Source of the DNA: Phenylobacterium sp.
Lineage (GTDB): Bacteria; Pseudomonadota; Alphaproteobacteria; Caulobacterales; Caulobacteraceae
Length of the DNA: 64,000 bases
Direction: 5' to 3'
Assembly: GCF_030697305.1 (NCBI RefSeq)
Contig: NZ_JAUYQL010000038.1
Coordinates: 23,531 to 87,530, forward strand
Positions 31,005 through 40,063 of the stretch are shown here, piece by piece. The notes under the pieces are model-generated. The model was not told where the DNA came from, did no database searches, and worked only from the letters and a program-made list of their open reading frames with translations. The position numbers were made by a program, and so were the translations under genes. The first letter of the stretch is position 1. Each line of letters starts with the position of its first letter.

Positions 31005-31832
31005 ATGACCACCCTGCTCAAGACTCTCGGCGAAATGTTGTCGCTCGAACGCACCGGCGAGGCCACGTTCCGCGGCCTGTCGCTCGAAGGCGGGCCACCC
31101 CGCATCTATGGCGGCCAGGTGGTCGGCCAGGCGCTAGTCGCCGCCAACGCCACCGTCGAGGCGAAGGTGTGCCATTCGCTGCATTGCTACTACGTGCGCG
31201 GCGGCGATCCGGCCGTCGCCCTCGACTTCGAGGTGGAGAAGGTGCGCGACGGCGGCAGTTTCGCCACGCGCCGGGTCACGGCGCGCCAGGCGGGCCAGGA
31301 GATCTTCACCATGACCGCCTCGTACCAGTCGCCCGAGACCGGCCTGGAGCATCAGGGACCGATGGTCGACGCGCCGGTGCTGGCCGACATACCCGACCGC
31401 CCCGCCGCTCAGCAGATTGGGCTGATGGGCGCGCTCGACGTCCGCAGCCTGGACAGCCCCATGTTCGCGCCGAGCGCATCCCGAAAGCCGACCTATCAGG
31501 GCTGGATGCGCGCGCGCCGGCCGATCGGCGACGACGCGCGCATGCACCAGGCGGTGTTGGCCTACGCCTCCGACTTCGCAGTGATGACGCCGGCCATGCG
31601 ACCGCACGCGGTCGACTGGCGTGCGCCGGGGGTGCAGGTGGCGAGCCTGGATCATACGGTATGGTTCCACCGCCAGAGCGACTTCAACCAGTGGCATCTG
31701 TTCACCATCGAGAGTGACTGGGCCGGGTCCGGGCGCGGGTTCGTGCGCGGGACCTTGCATCTCGAAGACGGGACCCTGGTCGCCTCGCTGGCGCAGGAAG
31801 GCCTGATCCGGATCCGGGCGTCGAAGGCGTAG
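31005..31832 (+). CDS. tesB: Acyl-CoA thioesterase II
   Basis: 'YGGQVVGQAL', 'HSLH.Y', 'RDG.SF.TRRV', 'ASLDH..WFH', 'QEGLIR'. Confidence 0.9.
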   Translation: MTTLLKTLGEMLSLERTGEATFRGLSLEGGPPRIYGGQVVGQALVAANATVEAKVCHSLHCYYVRGGDPAVALDFEVEKVRDGGSFATRRVTARQAGQEIFTMTASYQSPETGLEHQGPMVDAPVLADIPDRPAAQQIGLMGALDVRSLDSPMFAPSASRKPTYQGWMRARRPIGDDARMHQAVLAYASDFAVMTPAMRPHAVDWRAPGVQVASLDHTVWFHRQSDFNQWHLFTIESDWAGSGRGFVRGTLHLEDGTLVASLAQEGLIRIRASKA

Positions 31833-31895
31833 GGCCCGCCACTCTCCCCTCATTCCCAGAACCTGGCATGACCGGGGTCTGGCGGAGCGCTCGCG

Positions 31896-32405
31896 CTATT
31901 CCTCGTCCGCCTCAGTTGGGCGAACGCAGATCAGCCGACCCTCGGCGAGGCTGACCACCGGTACAGCTTCGCGGGTGAAAGGCAGCCACCAGCTAGCCCC
32001 ATGCGTCGGCTGGACCTCGACCAGGTCGCCGGCGCCGAAATCCTGCACGGACTTGACCAGGCCGAGCAGTTCGCCGGCCTGGGTCTCGACCCGCAGGCCG
32101 ACCATGTCGGCGGCGTAAAACTCGTCCTCATCCGGCGGCGGCAGCAGGTCGCGCGGCACGTAGAGTTGCAGGCCGCGCAGGGCCTCGGCCTGGTCGCGGG
32201 TGGCGACTTCCTTGGCCCGCACCACCGCGCCGCCCTTGGCGATGCGGGCGGAGGTGATCGTCAGGCCGGGCGAGCCGTCCTCGCGCCGCAGGTCGCGGTA
32301 GGCCGCGACGGACAGCGGATCTTCGGTGAAGGTCGAAAGGCGAACCTCGCCGCGCACGCCGACGGCGCCGCCAACACGCGCAACGAGGATCAGCCGTTCA
32401 GACAA
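31896..32405 (-). CDS. rimM: Ribosome maturation factor RimM
   Basis: 'G.VGVRGEV', 'DEFY..D..G', 'FGAGDL.E'. Confidence 0.92.
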   Translation of the reverse strand: MSERLILVARVGGAVGVRGEVRLSTFTEDPLSVAAYRDLRREDGSPGLTITSARIAKGGAVVRAKEVATRDQAEALRGLQLYVPRDLLPPPDEDEFYAADMVGLRVETQAGELLGLVKSVQDFGAGDLVEVQPTHGASWWLPFTREAVPVVSLAEGRLICVRPTEADEE

Positions 32406-32414
32406 GCGAAGGCC

Positions 32415-33020
32415 TTAAGCCTTGGGCTCTTCGTCGGCCGCGGCTTCGGCGGCGGGCGCGTCTTCGGCCGGAGCCTCGGCGGCGGGCGCTTCCTCGGCGG
32501 CCGCCTCGGCAGGTGCGGCTTCCTCGGCAGGGGCGGCGACTTCGGCGGCGGCCTCGGCCGGGGCTGCTTCCTCAGCGGCCGCTTCGGGCGCGGCTTCCGC
32601 GGCAGCGGGCTCTTCAGCGGCCGGCTCCTCGACCACAGGTTCGGGCGCCGGGGCGGCGGCGGCCTGGGCCAGGGCCTCGGCGCGGTCGGCTTCGCGCTGG
32701 GCGCGCTCGGCGGCGCGTTCCTGCGACTTCTTGCCCGGCTCGCCCTTCTTCAGGTTGGAGCCGGCTTCCCACTTCACGATGCCCTGGGCGGACAGCAGGC
32801 GCGCGACGCGATCGGTCGGCTGGGCGCCTTTGCTGATCCATTCCTGGATGCGCTCGACCTTGAAGTTGGTGCGATCGGCGTGGTCCTTGGGCAGCAGCGG
32901 GTTGAACGCGCCGACCTTTTCGATGAAGCGGCCGTCGCGGGGCGAATGGCTGTCGGCGACGACGATCGAGTAGTAGGGGCGCTTCTTGGCGCCGCCCCGG
33001 GCGAGACGAATCTTGAGCAT
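32415..33020 (-). CDS. rpsP: 30S ribosomal protein S16 with long Ala/Glu/Pro-rich C-terminal tail
   Basis: '[16 protein letters not shown]', '[11 protein letters not shown]', 'GAQPTDRV'. Confidence 0.96.
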   Translation of the reverse strand: MLKIRLARGGAKKRPYYSIVVADSHSPRDGRFIEKVGAFNPLLPKDHADRTNFKVERIQEWISKGAQPTDRVARLLSAQGIVKWEAGSNLKKGEPGKKSQERAAERAQREADRAEALAQAAAAPAPEPVVEEPAAEEPAAAEAAPEAAAEEAAPAEAAAEVAAPAEEAAPAEAAAEEAPAAEAPAEDAPAAEAAADEEPKA

Positions 33021-33039
33021 AACGAAGTCCTTGGTTCTT

Positions 33040-34548
33040 TTAGGGTTTCTTGAATGGATTGAGGCCGGGCAAACCGCCCAGCCCGGGGAGTTTCGGTGCG
33101 CCGCCGCCCAGCCCGGGCAGGCTGGGTGCAGAGGGATCTGAGGTCGGCAGCTTGCCGCCGCCCATCGCTTGCAGGCGGGCCATGTCGCCGCCGCCGCCAG
33201 CGCCGCCCATGCCCATCGCGCCGGCCATGCGCGCGAAGCCCTTGCCGCCGTCGCGGCTCATCATCTTGAAGGCGTCGGCCATCTGACGGTGCTGCTTCAG
33301 CAGGCGGTTGACCTCGGAGACCTCGACGCCCGCGCCGGCGGCGATGCGGCGCTTGCGCGACGCCTGGAGGATGTCGGGCTTGCGGCGCTCGGCCTTGGTC
33401 ATCGACGAGATGATCGCCGCCTGACGGTCCAGCGACTTGTCGGAGATGTTGGCTTCGGCGATCTGCTTCTTGATCTTCTGCACGCCGGGCAGGAAGCCCA
33501 TCAGTCCCTGCATGCCGCCCATCTTCTTCATCTGGGCGAACTGCTCGGCCATCATGTCGAGGTCGAACTGGCCCTTCGCCAGCCGCTTGGCCAGCGCCTC
33601 GGCCTTGGCCTGGTCGACGTCCTGGACGGCGCGCTCGACCAGCGCCACCACGTCGCCCTGGCCCAGGATGCGGCCTGCGACGCGGCGGGCGTCGAACACG
33701 TCCAGGCCGTCGATCTTCTCCGACACGCCGAGGAACTTGATCGGCAGGCCGGTGACCGCGCGCATCGACAGCGCCGCGCCGCCGCGCCCGTCGCCGTCGG
33801 CGCGGGTCAGCACCAGGCCGGTGAGCGGCAGGCGTTCGTGGAACGCCTTCGCGGTGCGGACCGCGTCCTGGCCGGTCAAGCTGTCGGCGACCAACAGGGT
33901 TTCGGACGGATTGCCGATGCGGGCGATCTCGGCGGCTTCCGCCATCATCGCCTCGTCGAGCGTGGTGCGCCCGGCGGTGTCGAGGATCAGGACATCGAAG
34001 CCCTGAAGCTTGGCGGCCTGCAGCGCGCGGCGCGCGATGTCCGGCGCCGACTGGCCGGCGACGATCGGCAGGCTGTCGACGCCCGCCTGGGTCGCCAGCA
34101 TGGCGAGTTGCTGCATGGCGGCGGGACGTCGGGTGTCCAGCGAGGCCAGGAGGACCTTCTTGCGGTCCTTGGAAAGCTTCAGGGCGAGCTTGCCGGCGGT
34201 CGTGGTCTTGCCCGAGCCCTGCAGGCCGGCCATCAGGATGACGCTTGGCGGGTTGAGCGAGAGGTTCAGGTCCTCCGTCGCGTCGCCGCCCAGCATCTCC
34301 ACCAGGCCGTCGTAGGTGATCTTGACCACCTGGTCGGCCGGACGCACCGAGCGGATGACGTTCTCGCCGCTGGCGCGCTCCTTGGCCTTGGCGATGAAGT
34401 CGCGGACCACCGGCAGAGCGACGTCGGCCTCGAGCAAGGCGACGCGGACTTCACGCAGCACCTCGTCGATGTCCTTGTCCGACAGCACGCCGCGCCCCGA
34501 GAGGCGGTCGAACACCCCCGTCAGCCGCTCTGTCAGTCCGTCGAACAT
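33040..34548 (-). CDS. ffh: Signal recognition particle protein
   Basis: '[10 protein letters not shown]', 'DTAGR', 'DGD.RGGAALS', M domain 'II.SMT..ER'. Confidence 0.97.
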   Translation of the reverse strand: MFDGLTERLTGVFDRLSGRGVLSDKDIDEVLREVRVALLEADVALPVVRDFIAKAKERASGENVIRSVRPADQVVKITYDGLVEMLGGDATEDLNLSLNPPSVILMAGLQGSGKTTTAGKLALKLSKDRKKVLLASLDTRRPAAMQQLAMLATQAGVDSLPIVAGQSAPDIARRALQAAKLQGFDVLILDTAGRTTLDEAMMAEAAEIARIGNPSETLLVADSLTGQDAVRTAKAFHERLPLTGLVLTRADGDGRGGAALSMRAVTGLPIKFLGVSEKIDGLDVFDARRVAGRILGQGDVVALVERAVQDVDQAKAEALAKRLAKGQFDLDMMAEQFAQMKKMGGMQGLMGFLPGVQKIKKQIAEANISDKSLDRQAAIISSMTKAERRKPDILQASRKRRIAAGAGVEVSEVNRLLKQHRQMADAFKMMSRDGGKGFARMAGAMGMGGAGGGGDMARLQAMGGGKLPTSDPSAPSLPGLGGGAPKLPGLGGLPGLNPFKKP

Positions 34549-34679
34549 CAAGACCTCGATCGCCCAAACGCAACCGGCCCCCGTGGACGATCACGTCGAC
34601 GGGGGTCCTCGCCGCCCTCGTCCCATCACAGATGGAGGTCGTGGCGGTGGAGGGCGCTGGCAGGAGCTGGCGCCGGAAG
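34549..34679 (-). ncRNA. Structured ffh 5' leader (alphaproteobacterial ffh RNA motif candidate)
   Basis: Hairpin CCCCCGT-C-GACG-TGAT-CGTC-C-ACGGGGG (34578-34605) plus a second stem-loop, downstream of a sigma70 promoter. Confidence 0.6.
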
Positions 34680-34685
34680 GGCGCG

Positions 34686-34714
34686 CTTATGCGCCTGTGG
34701 ACGGATCAGGTCAA
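34686..34714 (-). promoter_or_regulatory. sigma70 promoter of ffh
   Basis: TTGACC-N17-CATAAG on minus strand. Confidence 0.65.
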
Positions 34715-34725
34715 GAAAAGCGCCG

Positions 34726-35109
34726 TCAGCCGAAGAACACGGCCGCCAGCTTGTTGCCGACGGGATCGCGCAGGTAGGTGGCGTACCAGTTAGGCCCATA
34801 GTCGGGGCGCGGGCCGGGCGCGCCGTCGTCTGAACCGCCATTGGCCATCGCCGCCTCGAAGAAGGCGTGCACCTCGGCCTGCGACCTCGCCTCGAACGCG
34901 ACCATCGAGCCGTTGCCGACCGACGCCGGCTCGCCGTTGAACGGTTGGCACACCCAGACGCTCTGGCCCTCGCCCTGGCCGCCCAGGCTGTAGCCGCGCC
35001 AACCCGGATTGTCGGCATGCGCCTTCCAGCCGATCGCCCCGAGAACAGCGTCGTAGAAGCGGTTCGAAACCTCGGCGTCCAACGCCCCGATAGTCACGTA
35101 GCTCAGCAT
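34726..35109 (-). CDS. VOC/glyoxalase family protein
   Basis: 'MLSYVTIG..D......FYDAVL', 'PFNGEPASVGNGSMVAF', 'Y.RDP.GNKL'. Confidence 0.85.
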   Translation of the reverse strand: MLSYVTIGALDAEVSNRFYDAVLGAIGWKAHADNPGWRGYSLGGQGEGQSVWVCQPFNGEPASVGNGSMVAFEARSQAEVHAFFEAAMANGGSDDGAPGPRPDYGPNWYATYLRDPVGNKLAAVFFG

Positions 35110-35152
35110 CACAACCTCCCGTCATTTTGCGTGGAGGTTATTGCTTGTTTGA

Positions 35153-35167
35153 GAACAAAACAAGTAC
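35153..35167. promoter_or_regulatory. Probable alphaproteobacterial LexA (SOS) box
   Basis: GAAC-AAAACAA-GTAC, one mismatch to GAAC-N7-GAAC, 44 bp upstream of the VOC start. Confidence 0.6.
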
Positions 35168-35182
35168 GAAGGCGCTCGCGCG

Positions 35183-37300
35183 TCACACTACTGGGAAGCC
35201 CTTCTCGCGGAGGTAGGCCTTCACGTCGGGGTCGCGGCCGCGGAAGGCGCGGTACTGGTCGGCCGGATCGCTGGTGTCGCCGCGGCTGAGCACGGTGTCG
35301 CGCAGGCGATCAGCGGTAGCCTTGTCGAAGGGATCGCCGGCGTCGATGAACGCTTCCCAGGCGTCGTGGTCCAGCACCTCAGACCACAGGTAGCTGTAAT
35401 AGCCGGCCGCATAACCGTCGGACGAGAAGATGTGCTGGAACTGCGGCGTACGGTGGCGCATCGGCAGCTCCGTCGGCATGTTCAGCGCCGCGAGCTCGGC
35501 CTTTTCGAAGGCGTCCGGGTCGATGTCGGCGTCGCCGGCCAGATGCAGCTTCATGTCGATCAGCGCCGAGGCCAGGTACTCGGTCACGTCAAACCCCTGC
35601 CTGAAGGTCTTGGCCTTCTCGATCTTGGCCACCAACTCGGCGGGGATCGGCTCGCCGGTCTTATGATGCAGGGCGAAGCGGCCCAGGATCTGCGGCGTCG
35701 GCAACCAGTGCTCGTTGAGCTGCGATGGAAACTCCACATAGTCCCGCGACACCCTGGTGCCCGAAACGGTCGGATAGGCCACCGCCGAGTTCAGCCCGTG
35801 CAGCGCGTGGCCGAACTCATGGAACAGGGTCTTGGCGTCGTCCCATGAAACCAGCACCGGCTCGCCCGGCGCACCCTTCTGGAAGTTGGCGTTGTTGGAG
35901 ACGATCGTAGTGACCGCGCCATCGAACGTCTCCTGCGCGCGGTAGGCGTTCATCCAGGCGCCGGAGCGCTTGCCCGTGCGCGCATAGGGGTCGAAGTACC
36001 ACAGGCCGCGATGACGACCGGCGGCGTCCTTGACCTGCCAGACGCGCACATCGGGGTGGGGAACGGGAACGCCCGGCGCCGGGGAATAGGAGAACCCGTA
36101 AAGTTCGCCCGACGCCCAGAACATCGCCTCGCGCAATTTCTCCAACTGCAGGTACGGCTTCACCGCATTCATATCGAGGGCGTAGCGGCGCCCGCGCACC
36201 TTCTCGGCGTAGAAGCGGTAGTCCCAGGGCGAGATGGTGATCTGCGCCTTTTCGGCGTCGGCGATCGACTGCATCTCGGCGACCTCTTCGCGCACCCGGG
36301 CGATAGCCGAGGGCCAGACGCGCAGCATCAGGTCCATGGCCGCTTGCGGCGTCTTGGCCATTGCGTCCTCCAGCCGCCAGTGGGCGTGGGTCGGATAGCC
36401 GAGCAGCTTGGCGCGCTCTGCACGCAGCTTCAGGATCTGCTTGATGACGGCGTTGTTGTCGTGGGCGTCACCGTTGTCGCCGCGATTGTAGAAGGTGCGC
36501 CACACCGCCTCGCGCAGCGCTCGCTGGTCCGAATAGGTGAGGAACGGGTCGACCGAAGATCGGGTGTTGAGAATCGCGAACTCGCCCGGATGGCCGCGCT
36601 CGTCAGCCGCGGCTGCGGCGGCGGCCCGCAGGTCGGCCGGGAGGCCGCCGAGCTGATCAGGCTTGAGGTAGTGGACCTGGCCGCCCTCCTCGGCGAGCAG
36701 GTTCTGATTGAAGGTGGTGAACAGCGTGGCGAGCTCGCCGTTGATCTGCGCCACGCGGGCGCGGGCCTGCGGATCCAGCTTCGCACCGGCGCGCACGAAG
36801 GCGTTCCAGCGCCGCCACGCGACGCGCTTTTGTTCCGCGGTCAGCTTGGGATCGTTGCGCGACGCCTGGTAAGCGGCCTCGACGCGGGCGAACAGCCGGG
36901 CGTCCTGCAGGATGGCCGATTCATGCGCCGCCAGCCTGGGCTCCAGCTCGACCTGCACCGGCTGCAGTTCCGGCGTGGAGAAGTTCGCGCACCAGATGGC
37001 GTAGACTGTGCCGGCGCGGTTCAAGGCCCTGCCGCTGCGTTCCAGCGCCGCGAAGGTGTTGTCGAAGGTTGGTGGGGCAGGATTGGCGGCGATCGCCCTC
37101 ACCTCCGCCATTTCCTCGGCCATCGCGGCTTCGATCGCCGGCGCGAAGTCCGCAACCTTGACCTTGTCGAACGGCGGCGCTCCGCCGTATGCGCCACGCC
37201 ACGGGGCGAGCAATTCGGACGGCGCGGCGAGGGCGGACGGTGGCGAAAGAGTCATGGCTGCGGATGCGGCGGACGCGAAGAGGAAACTGCGCCGATGCAT
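35183..37300 (-). CDS. dcp: M3 family metallopeptidase (peptidyl-dipeptidase Dcp-like), Tat-exported
   Basis: 'MHRRSFL' Tat signal; 'FHEFGHALH', 'D.VEFPSQ.NE', 'Y.AGYYSY.W.EV'. Confidence 0.88.
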   Translation of the reverse strand: MHRRSFLFASAASAAMTLSPPSALAAPSELLAPWRGAYGGAPPFDKVKVADFAPAIEAAMAEEMAEVRAIAANPAPPTFDNTFAALERSGRALNRAGTVYAIWCANFSTPELQPVQVELEPRLAAHESAILQDARLFARVEAAYQASRNDPKLTAEQKRVAWRRWNAFVRAGAKLDPQARARVAQINGELATLFTTFNQNLLAEEGGQVHYLKPDQLGGLPADLRAAAAAAADERGHPGEFAILNTRSSVDPFLTYSDQRALREAVWRTFYNRGDNGDAHDNNAVIKQILKLRAERAKLLGYPTHAHWRLEDAMAKTPQAAMDLMLRVWPSAIARVREEVAEMQSIADAEKAQITISPWDYRFYAEKVRGRRYALDMNAVKPYLQLEKLREAMFWASGELYGFSYSPAPGVPVPHPDVRVWQVKDAAGRHRGLWYFDPYARTGKRSGAWMNAYRAQETFDGAVTTIVSNNANFQKGAPGEPVLVSWDDAKTLFHEFGHALHGLNSAVAYPTVSGTRVSRDYVEFPSQLNEHWLPTPQILGRFALHHKTGEPIPAELVAKIEKAKTFRQGFDVTEYLASALIDMKLHLAGDADIDPDAFEKAELAALNMPTELPMRHRTPQFQHIFSSDGYAAGYYSYLWSEVLDHDAWEAFIDAGDPFDKATADRLRDTVLSRGDTSDPADQYRAFRGRDPDVKAYLREKGFPVV

Positions 37301-37440
37301 GGGGTCTCCCTGACCGTTGGCGTGTCGTTGTCCGGCCCGTAACGCGCCACAGCCGAGTTTGGCCCAATTGACATGAACGTCATGGATCGGCGGGCCCCAT
37401 GGGGCTAGTCGCAAGGCCATCAGGCCGCTAAAGCCGGGCC

Positions 37441-38292
37441 ATGTCGATCGGCGTCTTCGATTCCGGAGTGGGAGGACTGACCGTCCACCACAAGCTCGTC
37501 GACTGCTTCCCGGACGCGGACTTTATCTACCTCGCCGACCAGGCGAACGCGCCGTATGGCGGCAGGGGCGGCGAGGAGATCGTCGATCTCACCCGCGCCG
37601 GCTGCATCCGACTGTTCGAACAGGGCTGCGACCTGGTGGTGCTGGCCTGCAACACCGCCTCGGGCATCGCGCTGCGACGGCTGCAGCAGACGTGGCTGCC
37701 CGGCTACCGCCGCGCGCTGGGTCGGCCGGTGAACATCCTGGGCATCATCGTGCCGACCATCGAGGCGGCCACGGGCCTGCCCTGGGAGCACGAGGCCGAG
37801 CGGCGCGGCGACAAGGTCGAGAAGCTGGACGTGCTGGCGGTGTTTTCGACGCCGGCCACGACGGCCAGCCGGGTCTATGAGATCGAGATCGACAAGCGCC
37901 GCCAGGACGTGGCGGTGTTCTCCGAACCCTGCCCTGAACTGGCGCGGATGATCGAGGCCGGCGCCGCGGCCGAGGCCCTCGCGCCGATCGTCCAAGGGCA
38001 TGTGGCGGCGATCACTCAGCGGATCGGCCGCGCGCCGGACCGCGCGATCCTGGGCTGCACCCACTACGAGATCATCGCCGACCTCTTCCGCGCCGCCCTG
38101 CCGCCCGGAACGCCGCTGATCCATCAGCCGGACGCCACCGCCGAGGCGCTGGCGCGATACCTGGAACGGCATCCGGAGTTCGACGCTGGCGATGGCGGGC
38201 TGCGGCGGTTCCTGACCACCGGCATTCCTGGCCCACAGCCGCCCCTGGTGGCGACGTTCTGGGGTGCGCCGTTGAGCTTCGAGGCGGCCTGA
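37441..38292 (+). CDS. murI: Glutamate racemase
   Basis: 'IGVFDSGVGGL.V', 'PYG', 'LACNTAS', 'LGCTHY'. Confidence 0.93.
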   Translation: MSIGVFDSGVGGLTVHHKLVDCFPDADFIYLADQANAPYGGRGGEEIVDLTRAGCIRLFEQGCDLVVLACNTASGIALRRLQQTWLPGYRRALGRPVNILGIIVPTIEAATGLPWEHEAERRGDKVEKLDVLAVFSTPATTASRVYEIEIDKRRQDVAVFSEPCPELARMIEAGAAAEALAPIVQGHVAAITQRIGRAPDRAILGCTHYEIIADLFRAALPPGTPLIHQPDATAEALARYLERHPEFDAGDGGLRRFLTTGIPGPQPPLVATFWGAPLSFEAA

Positions 38293-38294
38293 GG

Positions 38295-38320
38295 GGAACC
38301 ACGGCGTCCGGCGAACAGTT
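38295..38320 (+). promoter_or_regulatory. Probable EcfG/sigmaT general-stress promoter
   Basis: GGAAC-N17-AGTT (consensus GGAAC-N16/17-CGTT) about 50 nt upstream of ORF 38370. Confidence 0.5.
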
Positions 38321-38369
38321 GCACTTGGACAGGCGGCGTGCATCGATCACCGCACACAGGAGCTTCAGC

Positions 38370-38708
38370 ATGGCTGGTCATGATGCCTATTCGTCGAGTG
38401 CGCGCGGATCCCCTGGCTCGGACGTTATTTTTCTGTGGCTTGTGTGGGCGCTGACCGCCGTCTGGTTCTTCCCGTTCGCAGCCCGCACACTTGTCGGCAT
38501 CATGTCGGTGACCCCGCCGCCGGGCGGCGCGGGCGCGGCCAGCGCCGGCATGATGGTCGTGGGTCTGGTGGTGTTCGTGGTGCTGGTAGTCGCGGCCGCC
38601 TACGCCGTCGCCGGCCGTCACCGCCGCGATCGCGCGCTCGAATCCGCGTCGGAAGCGGTGACCAAGGCCCAGTACGACGCCCCGCACGCGGCGGCGGCGT
38701 CGAGCTGA
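38370..38708 (+). CDS. Small two-TM hypothetical membrane protein
   Basis: AGGAG RBS; two hydrophobic segments joined by a Pro/Gly/Ala linker. Confidence 0.6.
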   Translation: MAGHDAYSSSARGSPGSDVIFLWLVWALTAVWFFPFAARTLVGIMSVTPPPGGAGAASAGMMVVGLVVFVVLVVAAAYAVAGRHRRDRALESASEAVTKAQYDAPHAAAASS

Positions 38709-38712
38709 GACC

Positions 38713-39249
38713 TTAGGCGGCCAGCGCGGCTTCCGCGTCAGCGACGCGGCTGACCGCGTTGACCACCGCGCCGATCCGCAGCGCCGCCTGGATGGCGGTG
38801 TTGGGGACGCCGTGCTTCTTCAATTCCTGCTCGTGGCTGTCGAGACAGGCGCCGCAGCCGTTGATCGCCGAGCCGGCCATGCACCAGAGCTCGAAGTCGA
38901 CCTTCTCCACGCCTGGGTTGGCGATGATGTTCATCCGCAGGCGCGCCGGCAGGGTGCGGTACTCCGGGTTCTGCAGCAGATGCAAGGCGCGGTAGTAGAC
39001 GTTGTTCATGCCCATCATGGCCGAGGCGGCCTTGGCGGCGTTGAGCGCCTCGGGCGACGAGCCCGCCTCGGTCGCCGCGGCTTCCAGCGCGAGGATCACG
39101 CCAGGTGCGCCTACCGCGTGGGCCGAGGCGACGAACGCGCCCCATTTTTGCTGGTCGGTCAGCAAGGTCTCCGACGCCAGGCTCGAGAGGTTGAGGCTCA
39201 GGTCCTTGGCGTAGGCCGGCAGGGTTTCGCGCAGCGCGTCGAGGGACAT
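38713..39249 (-). CDS. ahpD: Alkyl hydroperoxide reductase AhpD
   Basis: 'LP.YAKDL.LNL', 'MNNVYYR', 'FELWC...SAINGCG.C..SHE'. Confidence 0.93.
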   Translation of the reverse strand: MSLDALRETLPAYAKDLSLNLSSLASETLLTDQQKWGAFVASAHAVGAPGVILALEAAATEAGSSPEALNAAKAASAMMGMNNVYYRALHLLQNPEYRTLPARLRMNIIANPGVEKVDFELWCMAGSAINGCGACLDSHEQELKKHGVPNTAIQAALRIGAVVNAVSRVADAEAALAA

Positions 39250-39275
39250 CATATTTCTCCAAATTCGAAGACGTG

Positions 39276-39314
39276 GCCGGAAGGCGCGACTGGGGGAGCA
39301 GCGCGCCTTCCGGC
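39276..39314. other. Intercistronic 13-bp stem-loop between ahpC and ahpD
   Basis: GCCGGAAGGCGCG / CGCGCCTTCCGGC perfect stem, 13-nt loop. Confidence 0.6.
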
Positions 39315-39339
39315 GTCGCGGTTCAAGGCGTCGGGAGCC

Positions 39340-39900
39340 TTAGGCCGCGGTTCTCAGGGTCTCGCCGCCCACCGAACGGTTGCAGGGGCAGAGTTCGTCG
39401 GTCTGCAGCGCGTCCAGCACCCGCAGCGTATCTGCAGGGTTGCGACCGACGTTCAGGTTGGTGACGTAGACGTGCTGGATGGTGTTGTCGGGGTCGACCA
39501 CGAAGGTGGCGCGATAGGCGACGCCCTCTTCCTCGTTGAGCACGCCCAGCGCACGGGCGAACTTCCCGGAGCTGTCGGCGAAGTTCCAGATCGGCAGGCT
39601 GTTCAGGTCAGCGTGCTCACGCCGCCAGCCGAGCTTGGAGTGCTCGTTGTCCGTCGAGCCGCCGAGCACCACGGTGTCGCGGTCCGCAAACTCACTGTTT
39701 AGCCGGGCGAACTCGGCGATCTCGGTCGGGCAGACGAAGGTGAAATCCTTCGGATAGAAGAAGATGACCTTCCACTTGCCCGGGAAACTGTCCTTGGTGA
39801 TCGGTTCGAACGCGCTTTCGCCGTTCTCTTCGTGGCGGTTGAACTTGGGCTTCACGCCGACGACCTTGAAGTCGGGGAGGATGTCTCCAACGGTCAGCAT
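39340..39900 (-). CDS. ahpC: Peroxiredoxin AhpC
   Basis: 'FFYPKDFTFVCPTE', 'GR...E/D.LRVLDALQTDELCPCN'. Confidence 0.94.
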   Translation of the reverse strand: MLTVGDILPDFKVVGVKPKFNRHEENGESAFEPITKDSFPGKWKVIFFYPKDFTFVCPTEIAEFARLNSEFADRDTVVLGGSTDNEHSKLGWRREHADLNSLPIWNFADSSGKFARALGVLNEEEGVAYRATFVVDPDNTIQHVYVTNLNVGRNPADTLRVLDALQTDELCPCNRSVGGETLRTAA

Positions 39901-40002
39901 CTCACTCGGTCTCCTTGAACTATGTCAGGGCAGGACGCCCCGTCGGGACTGGAGATAGGGACCGTGGACCGAAAGTACCAATTGATTGAATTTGCATTTT
40001 AG

Positions 40003-40017
40003 ATAGATAATTTCTAT
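40003..40017. promoter_or_regulatory. OxyR binding site in ahpC/oxyR divergon
   Basis: Exact ATAG-N7-CTAT (ATAGATAATTTCTAT) in an AT-rich gap. Confidence 0.75.
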
Positions 40018-40063
40018 CTTCTGAGAAGCGCGCCAACGCTGGCGCGCTTGGAACGACGCCGCG

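Noticed and set aside
32430-32700. GC-rich repeats in rpsP 3' end as tandem repeat or CRISPR
   Set aside because: In-frame codon repeats encoding an Ala/Glu/Pro tail; no spacers and no cas genes.
33169-34833. 554-aa plus-strand ORF (likewise 12444-14072, 27568-29151, 49027-50760, 18991-20319)
   Set aside because: Codon-symmetric antisense shadows of well-supported genes (ffh, 570-aa protein, leuCD, ltaE/HTH-CS, ahcY).
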